Source: an uncultured Erysipelotrichaceae bacterium (GTDB lineage Bacteria > Bacillota_I > Bacilli_A > Erysipelotrichales > Erysipelotrichaceae). Taken from it: a stretch of DNA of 32,000 nt. A program made the translations under genes and the position numbers. Below the pieces are notes generated by a model, which saw only the letters and a list, made by a program, of their open reading frames with translations, did not search any database and was not told the DNA's origin. The stretch lies in NCBI GenBank assembly GCA_964401865.1, contig CAYNZZ010000006.1:41870-73869 (forward strand). The letters are read 5' to 3'. Of the stretch, positions 26,730 to 32,000 are shown one piece after another (position 1 is the first letter of the stretch; each line of letters begins with the position of its first letter).

Positions 26730-26812
26730 AACGCTAATGGATATTAAGCGAATGCTAATATATTACGCCAATATATTAATTTTTCTCAATAGTTCACATT
26801 AATCGCCAATAC
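26730..26812 (-). promoter_or_regulatory. putative operon promoter with repeated TATTGGCG / ATTAGC motifs
   Basis: Read on the minus strand: TTGAGA (26789..26784), an 18-nt spacer, then TAATAT (26765..26760). TATTGGCG occurs twice (26811..26804 and 26773..26766). ATTAGC(A/G) occurs twice in the leader. Confidence 0.3.
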
Positions 26813-26857
26813 ATTTTCTCATAGTACGTTAGTACTAAAAAACAAAGCAGTTCTGGA

Positions 26858-27169
26858 TTATATGCAGTATGGCCTTTTGACAAATTGAAAGAAGCATCTT
26901 TTTGCTTTTTCCAATAGTTCAGGCTCATTTTCTACCATGTAAGCAAGCCACTTTCTACTTAAAAATATCATTGTATTTAGGCCCTCATAATCACCGAATG
27001 TATAAGGAATTTCATTAATTTCGTTAATTTTTGCGATCAGCTCGTTTTTACTGAGTCTCCATTCTTTTTCCGAAAAATTAAAGAATGGTGCTAAAAAACG
27101 GTAAGGAACATTCTGGATCAGGGCTTTTTTTAACAATAGCAAATAGTCATCACACCCTTCTTCAAGCAT
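26858..27169 (-). CDS. hypothetical 103-aa ORF, possibly a 5'-truncated gene remnant
   Basis: The ORF is open, but there is no Shine-Dalgarno sequence upstream (ttaagttaatgacatcATG) and an in-frame stop sits 5 codons upstream. I recognise no motif. Confidence 0.3.
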   Translation of the reverse strand: MLEEGCDDYLLLLKKALIQNVPYRFLAPFFNFSEKEWRLSKNELIAKINEINEIPYTFGDYEGLNTMIFLSRKWLAYMVENEPELLEKAKRCFFQFVKRPYCI

Positions 27170-27286
27170 GATGTCATTAACTTAATGACATTAGCAAAAA
27201 AGCCTTATTTTATGCGTCTTTCTAAGCGATTTACTATTATGATTTGTCTAACCAAAAGCAACCAAAAATAACCCTAAAAAAATCTG

Positions 27287-27307
27287 TCATTAGCAAGAAA
27301 TTAGCAA
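27287..27307 (+). repeat. 21-nt motif TCATTAGCAAGaaATTAGCAA (copy 1)
   Basis: Matches 29074-29094 at 19 of 21 positions. Further ATTAGCAA copies start at 27190 and 27300. Confidence 0.7.
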
Positions 27308-27458
27308 AAATTTATACGGCAAAGAAATGCACATACTCTTAGGTATATTTGAAAAGAACTAGTTTTCGTAGAGATGTGGGCTAGTTTTTTAACTATTAAA
27401 TAATCACGCTAATTTAGTTCTACACCGTTGCCAATAATCGAATATGTCCTATATGCAA

Positions 27459-28643
27459 TTAATGATATAACTCAAATTTTTGACACTCCCTAGATAAATC
27501 ATTTATTGTGCATACAGATACTCTCGAATAATTATCATAGTAAATGTATTCTTCATAATGACTAGGCTTTATTAAATCATCTTTTCTCATAATATAACCA
27601 TCATAATTGTAAGTATATACATACTCATAATCGTATGCCGAATTGTTATAATTTGTGCTTTTTTCATGAATAAGGCGATTGTTAGAATCAAACTCAAATG
27701 TATCGATAAATGATAGTTCATCATTAAAGTAATAAGTTCTTGATAACATCCTTCCATCTTTAGTATATTCGAATATTTCTTTGACTGTATGGGCATCTAT
27801 ACCAAATTCTTTATTTTCTTTAAAATCGGAATTTCTTATGATTTTTGATGGTGAACCATCAACATATCTTTCAAATTCAGTAATTATAATACCATTATCA
27901 TTAGTTTCAATGAGTTTTGATAAAAAATCATTTTTATCATATTCAAAAGTTAATTGTTCATTGAAGTTATTTTGAGAATCAATAGAACCTGATTTAATTA
28001 TTTTTCCATCTTTAAAACAGTCAATATAACCATCATCATTTATGTAGCATATTGTTCCATCATCGTTGTATTTGACTTGATAATGATTCTCTTTTAAATT
28101 ATAAAAACTTTTGCCTGCGACATCATATGTGTATTGGTAGATATCGCTGATAACATCTTCTTCATCTAGTAAATATATTGTGTAGTTACTATTTTTAAAT
28201 AACTCTTGATTATTCGATGATAGATACTTAGAAATATAGTATGAACTATCAAAGTTACCACCAATGCGTGGACAATTACCTTGATAAAAATCAATATTTC
28301 TTTTATCTTCATAAAATGGATCAAAGTTTATATCATAATCAATAAGTATTCTTTTAAAAAAAACATTATTTATATCATAAATATCATAACCATCTTTTAA
28401 ATCATTTATTAATTCTTTTGTCTGGATACCTTCAGAATACTTTAAAGATTTGTCTATTGTTCTTACTGCATTAAAATACTCATCATCAATGATGTAAGCC
28501 TTAAATAAATCAATATATGTTACTTCATTAGTATTATCTTCTTTCAACATATTGTTTAATGATTCAATCTCATTTTTTGCATTATATGATTTTTGACAAG
28601 ATACTAAAAAAATAATGATAAATATAGTTAGAAAACGTTTCAT
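27459..28643 (-). CDS. lipoprotein, Asn/Tyr/Asp-rich, with degenerate YD-like repeats
   Basis: MKRFLTIFIIIFLVSCQKS contains the lipobox LVSC. The start is moved to ATG 28643. Repeats include FEYDKNDFLSKL, FEYTKDGRMLSRTYY, FEFDSNNRLIHE and YTYNYDGYIMRK. Confidence 0.65.
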   Translation of the reverse strand: MKRFLTIFIIIFLVSCQKSYNAKNEIESLNNMLKEDNTNEVTYIDLFKAYIIDDEYFNAVRTIDKSLKYSEGIQTKELINDLKDGYDIYDINNVFFKRILIDYDINFDPFYEDKRNIDFYQGNCPRIGGNFDSSYYISKYLSSNNQELFKNSNYTIYLLDEEDVISDIYQYTYDVAGKSFYNLKENHYQVKYNDDGTICYINDDGYIDCFKDGKIIKSGSIDSQNNFNEQLTFEYDKNDFLSKLIETNDNGIIITEFERYVDGSPSKIIRNSDFKENKEFGIDAHTVKEIFEYTKDGRMLSRTYYFNDELSFIDTFEFDSNNRLIHEKSTNYNNSAYDYEYVYTYNYDGYIMRKDDLIKPSHYEEYIYYDNYSRVSVCTINDLSRECQKFELYH

Positions 28644-28852
28644 AAGTCCTATCTCTTTTATTAAATTATAGCATTTATTTGCTACAATTAGCACTTTTCG
28701 TGTAGGTATTAGTTTTTCTAGATGTTGTTAAAAGAGAAATTTTATTTTTGATAAAGAGCTGTCGAAAATGGGTAAAAATATTATGGTTTATGAATAAATG
28801 TTAAATGTATAAATGTAATAAATTTTAATGATCTTTAAACCTTCAAGAACAT

Positions 28853-28888
28853 TAAAAAACGGAAAACCTCGATGAATAAAGGCTTTCC
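28853..28888 (-). terminator. Rho-independent terminator just downstream of the tRNA fragment
   Basis: Stem ggaaaacc (28861-28868) / ggctttcc (28881-28888) with one mismatch, followed on the minus strand by gTTTTTT (A-run 28854-28859). Confidence 0.55.
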
Positions 28889-28899
28889 ATTGGTTTTTA

Positions 28900-28950
28900 T
28901 GGCCTCCCCAGTAGGAATCGAACCTACAACTAGCCCTTAGGAGCTAGGCC
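28900..28950 (-). pseudogene. 5'-truncated tRNA (T-arm + 3' acceptor strand + CCA only)
   Basis: The minus strand reads GTAGG-TTCGATT-CCTAC-TGGGGAG-G-CCA (28927..28900), a canonical T-arm and acceptor 3' end. No D-arm and no complementary 5' acceptor strand (CTCCCCA) lie upstream. The anticodon-arm region does not fold with a 7-nt loop. Confidence 0.7.
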
Positions 28951-29073
28951 TTTTTGCTAAAAAACTTGTATAAAAATGTGTAGAAAACCCTTTATTTATA
29001 AGGGTTTCAAAGCAATTAGCTGTTAATAGAAAACTAGCTAAAAATAGCTAAAAACAACCATAATTTAACGTTC

Positions 29074-29094
29074 TCATTAGCAAGTCATTAGCAA
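29074..29094 (+). repeat. 21-nt motif TCATTAGCAAGtcATTAGCAA (copy 2)
   Basis: Tandem 11-mers TCATTAGCAAG/TCATTAGCAAC. This is the direct-repeat partner of 27287-27307. Confidence 0.7.
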
Positions 29095-29205
29095 CGGCTA
29101 ATTTTACATCCCAGTATTTGAGTTAATTTGTTATCAAATAATACAAACTATTAATAATCAATAATAACTATAATATCTTTTAAATTTATAGGGAATTTAT
29201 AAGTT

Positions 29206-29266
29206 TTATTCCCAACTTTATTCCCAACCTTTGGCTGTTCTGCTACAATGTAGAAGTTGGGAATAA
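29206..29266 (+). promoter_or_regulatory. promoter/operator of the AlbA_2 regulator gene: three TTATTCCCAAC iterons around an extended -10
   Basis: Direct 11-mers lie at 29206-29216 and 29218-29228, and an inverted copy GTTGGGAATAA at 29256-29266. TGcTACAAT (29241-29249) sits between them. Confidence 0.55.
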
Positions 29267-29289
29267 AATAACTTATAAGGAGCGCTAAA

Positions 29290-30681
29290 ATGGATATCAA
29301 GAAAATAGTTTTAGATTTTTGTAGTTTAAGCGATGAACAAGAATGGTTTGAATTTAAAGAAAATTGGTTTCAACCTGAGGCATTAGGTGAATACATATCA
29401 GCTTTGTCAAATGCAGCAGCATTTCATTATAAAAAATATGCCTTTTTCATTTGGGGTGTAAATGATGAAACTCATGAAATTATTGGAACTATTTTTAATC
29501 AATATGCTCATTACAATGATGAGCCATATCAAAATTTTTTAGCAAGAAATCTATCTCCAAGCATTAATTTTACTTTTGAAGAAGTAGAAATTGAAGGAAA
29601 AAGAGTGGTTGTACTTGTGATTCCTGCTGCTGTTGAAATTCCAACTTCATTTAAGAATAATCGCTATATTCGTATAGGTTCTTCAAAATGTAATTTAAAA
29701 GATTATCCTAAAAGAGAAATTGAGCTATTTAAAATTCTTGATAAAAGAGAAAAAACAATTGAAACAATTAAAGCAAAATATCAAGATTTAACTTTTCAAA
29801 AATTATTTGGTTACTACGGATCAAAAGGAATTGTTCTTAATCAAAAGACATTTATAAAAAACTTAGGATTAAAAAACGATGATGGTGAATTCAATTTATT
29901 GGCACAATTACTTTCTGATAATTCGCATTTCCCTTTAAGAGTATCAATCTTTGATGGGAAAACGAAAGGATCTAACTTATTCTCGGTACGAGAATTTGGT
30001 AATAATTGCTTATTATATACTTTAGACGAACTTTTACGTTATGGTGATGTATTAAACATTATTCAAGCTGATGAAACAGGTCGTGTAGTAGAAAGAAAAG
30101 ATGTTTCTTTGTTTGATAATAAAGCTTTTCGAGAGGCGATAATTAACGCTGTTTTACACAATAAATGGGTTGAAGGAAATGAACCGATGATTTCTGTTTT
30201 TTCTGATAGAATAGAAATATTATCACGTGGTTCACTAGCACCAACACAAACAATTGAAGGTTTTTATTTAGGAGAATCTATTCCAGTTAATGAAAAACTA
30301 TCAGAAATCTTCCTTCAACTACACATAAGTGAAAAATCAGGCAGAGGTGTGCCTAAGATTATCGAAATGTATGGTAAAGAAGCTTTCACATTTAGAGAAA
30401 ATTCAATAGTTGTAACCATACCTTTCCAAAAAATAAACACAACTTCTAAAAATGTTGGGAATAAAATTGGGAATAAAAAAATATCCTTAAATTCAAGAAG
30501 ACAAACTATTCTTAAAGAAATAAGAGATAATGCGAATGTTACCGCCAAAGAATTATCTAGAATATTGAAAATTAGTGAAACAGCAGTAGAGAATAATTTA
30601 TCTTTCTTAAAACAGAATGATTATGTAGAAAGAATTGGTTCCAAGAAAGCCGGATATTGGAAAGTTTTAAAGGACAACTAA
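29290..30681 (+). CDS. AlbA_2 (Schlafen-like) DNA-binding domain protein with HATPase_c_4-like region and C-terminal winged HTH
   Basis: EQEWFEFKENW...FFIWGVNDETHEIIGT matches the AlbA_2 pattern. The KSGRGVPKIIEMY segment follows. The C-terminal wHTH is LSRILKISETAVENNLSFLKQNDYVERIGSKKAGYWKVL. GGAG RBS. Confidence 0.75.
   Translation: MDIKKIVLDFCSLSDEQEWFEFKENWFQPEALGEYISALSNAAAFHYKKYAFFIWGVNDETHEIIGTIFNQYAHYNDEPYQNFLARNLSPSINFTFEEVEIEGKRVVVLVIPAAVEIPTSFKNNRYIRIGSSKCNLKDYPKREIELFKILDKREKTIETIKAKYQDLTFQKLFGYYGSKGIVLNQKTFIKNLGLKNDDGEFNLLAQLLSDNSHFPLRVSIFDGKTKGSNLFSVREFGNNCLLYTLDELLRYGDVLNIIQADETGRVVERKDVSLFDNKAFREAIINAVLHNKWVEGNEPMISVFSDRIEILSRGSLAPTQTIEGFYLGESIPVNEKLSEIFLQLHISEKSGRGVPKIIEMYGKEAFTFRENSIVVTIPFQKINTTSKNVGNKIGNKKISLNSRRQTILKEIRDNANVTAKELSRILKISETAVENNLSFLKQNDYVERIGSKKAGYWKVLKDN
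30454..30476 (+). repeat. intragenic inverted copy of the 23-bp double iteron
   Basis: GTTGGGAATAAAATTGGGAATAA is the reverse complement of 29206-29228 at 22 of 23 positions. It encodes NVGNKIGNK. Confidence 0.8.
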
Positions 30682-30788
30682 TGGTGTAAGGTGTCACACA
30701 ACATCCAACCAGAAAAAATATATAGTTGTCATAATTGTATAAGATAAATGTTTTGTTTAAATAAACGATTCGGCAAAGGAGACAGTAA

Positions 30789-31331
30789 ATGAATAACATG
30801 ATAACGTATTTTGAAGATTATCATCGTACAGTAGATGAAATTAATACTGCATATAATAATTGTTCGATAAATATCAAAAAAATAGAACTAAATTTGATTA
30901 TTACCATTAAAGGTAGTAATCAGGATGAAATGCAAGATACAGAAATTTTACTAGAAGACTTAATATATGTTTATTGGGGTTGTTATCCTAAGCTGATTTC
31001 TCAAACTTATAACGAATCAAATATTGATATAAAAGAAAGAAGTTCCAAATTTTTTACACACAGAGAATTTATAGATAAGACTGTGTTATCTATATGTGAT
31101 ATCAATGACCAATCAGTAAACGATAAAATACTGAATGGTTTTGATGGATTAAACAAGTTATTTTTATCATCTATGCAATACATTACTTGTTCGAATTATA
31201 GTAAAGTAACTTCTACTCACAAATTAGTTTTACTTACACATGCCATAGATGGTGCTTATAACGCAATAAAAAAAGAGATGGCAATTATATTACAAAGGTT
31301 AAATGGTTGTGTGATAATTATTTTTTTCTAA
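30789..31331 (+). CDS. hypothetical protein (180 aa)
   Basis: ORF with a GGAG RBS (caaaGGAGacagtaaATG). I recognise no motif. Confidence 0.5.
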   Translation: MNNMITYFEDYHRTVDEINTAYNNCSINIKKIELNLIITIKGSNQDEMQDTEILLEDLIYVYWGCYPKLISQTYNESNIDIKERSSKFFTHREFIDKTVLSICDINDQSVNDKILNGFDGLNKLFLSSMQYITCSNYSKVTSTHKLVLLTHAIDGAYNAIKKEMAIILQRLNGCVIIIFF

Positions 31332-31342
31332 AAACAATAAAA

Positions 31343-31378
31343 AAGTCATACTTAGAAATTAAATTCTTTGTATGACTT
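31343..31378 (+). terminator. hairpin downstream of the 180-aa ORF (possible terminator)
   Basis: 9-bp stem aagtcatac / gtatgactt with an 18-nt loop. The trailing T-run is weak. Confidence 0.3.
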
Positions 31379-31602
31379 AACTATTTTATAGAGTTAATAA
31401 ATCTTTTATAATATGTGTAAGTTGAAATGTTAAATCGGAATTTGTAGGAATAGATATTCTGGAAAATATAGTGAAAACTGCGCATTTGCGGGGATGATAC
31501 GAATCGTGTCACACATGTGAAAGAGCGATTCTTTCGTCATTTTACGTTTTTTGATAAGGTGAAACTGTCGAAAAGACAAACCAATTATAGAAAGGACGTA
31601 GA

Positions 31603-32000
31603 ATGATGAAAAAAAGTGGAAAACAGGTTTTATTATTTGGAGGAATACTTATTGTAGCGTTTGCAGTATGGACAGCTTTTATCCAGATGGTAGACGTGCA
31701 GCCGCTGGGTCAGAACGGAACCAATATTGGATTTGCAACATTCAATTGTTGGTTTCATCGTTTGGCAGGTGTCAATATGACAATTTATACGATTACCGAT
31801 TGGATGGGACTTATTCCTTTAGTTGTATGCCTGATTTTTGCAGGTATTGGAGTGGTTCAGTTAATAAAGAGAAGAAGTCTCTTCAAAGTGGATCCAGATA
31901 TCATTATCCTTGGAGTTTACTATGTTGTCGTGATACTGGCATATTTGATTTTTGAAATGATCTCAATCAATTACAGACCGATTTTAATCAATGGAGTTAT
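31603..32000 (+). CDS. PAP2-family phosphatase, N-terminal part (runs off the right edge)
   Basis: Absent from the ORF track because it has no stop in the window. My translation is MMKKSGKQVLLFGGILIVAFAVWTAFIQMVDVQPLGQNGTNIGFATFNCWFHRLAGVNMTIYTITDWMGL...EMISINYRPILINGV. It matches the conserved N-terminal pattern of Firmicutes PAP2 proteins (VDVQPxGxNG..GFA, NYRP). AAAGGA RBS. The listed ORF 31668..31955 is in another frame. Confidence 0.65.
   Translation, partial: MMKKSGKQVLLFGGILIVAFAVWTAFIQMVDVQPLGQNGTNIGFATFNCWFHRLAGVNMTIYTITDWMGLIPLVVCLIFAGIGVVQLIKRRSLFKVDPDIIILGVYYVVVILAYLIFEMISINYRPILINGV

Noticed and set aside
28929-28950. Attempt to assign an anticodon (CCT/Arg, TCC/Gly or TAA/Leu) to the tRNA fragment
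   Set aside because: No 5-bp stem with a 7-nt loop can be drawn. The best pairing (CTAGC/GCTAG) gives an 8-nt loop. The isotype is therefore left unassigned.
29191-29213. GGGAAT...ATTCCC hairpin upstream of the AlbA_2 gene as a terminator
   Set aside because: The stem is short, no T-run follows, and the sequence is better explained as part of the TTATTCCCAAC iteron array.
31668-31955. 95-aa plus-strand ORF
   Set aside because: The frame starting at 31603 has an RBS, stays open to the window end and gives a recognisable PAP2 N-terminus. The 95-aa frame is an overlapping alternative.
1-32000. Search by eye for CRISPR arrays, rRNA, intact tRNAs, IS transposases, tyrosine integrases and PLD (HxKxxxxD) nucleases
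   Set aside because: I found none. The only recombinase is the small serine recombinase at 12330..13013, and the only tRNA-like sequence is the truncated one at 28900..28950.

Overview
AT-rich, Firmicutes-like chromosomal window with GGAGG-type RBSs and Rho-independent terminators. All functional calls come from reading motifs by eye, because no database search was possible. The window falls into three blocks. (1) 1-11.8 kb holds mostly housekeeping or niche genes. These are a partial membrane protein, a threonine-aldolase-family PLP enzyme and an RluF-type pseudouridine synthase. On the minus strand follow a 2085-aa wall-anchored adhesin ending in SPNTG + TM + KKRR, with a class B sortase just downstream of it. 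Then come a FucI/AraA-like isomerase and a Cys2 Ntn bile-salt hydrolase. (2) 11.9-27.2 kb is an accessory island with every gene on the minus strand. It carries a small ORF and a small serine recombinase translationally coupled to a RhuM + Doc/Fic-like protein. It also carries a 12.4-kb, eight-gene, tightly coupled operon (26696 down to 14284). The operon order is: XRE HTH; SF1 helicase with a degenerate NERD-like N-terminus; DrmA-like SF2 DExH helicase (1131 aa); DrmB-like DUF1998 zinc-ribbon protein (634 aa); NERD nuclease + SF1 helicase; Dam-family DPPY N6-adenine methylase; 768-aa DGQHR/DndB-like protein; and a second, paralogous XRE HTH. This looks like a DISARM-related helicase/DUF1998 core combined with different accessory genes and no PLD nuclease. 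I regard it as the candidate undescribed defence system. (3) 27.2-32 kb holds a lipoprotein, a 5'-truncated tRNA with its own terminator, and unusually long non-coding stretches with iterated TCATTAGCAAG / TTAGCAAAAAGCC motifs. It also holds an AlbA_2/Schlafen-type regulator whose promoter and coding region share 23-bp inverted TTATTCCCAAC iterons, a hypothetical gene, and the start of a PAP2 phosphatase. I saw no CRISPR array, rRNA, intact tRNA or tyrosine integrase.
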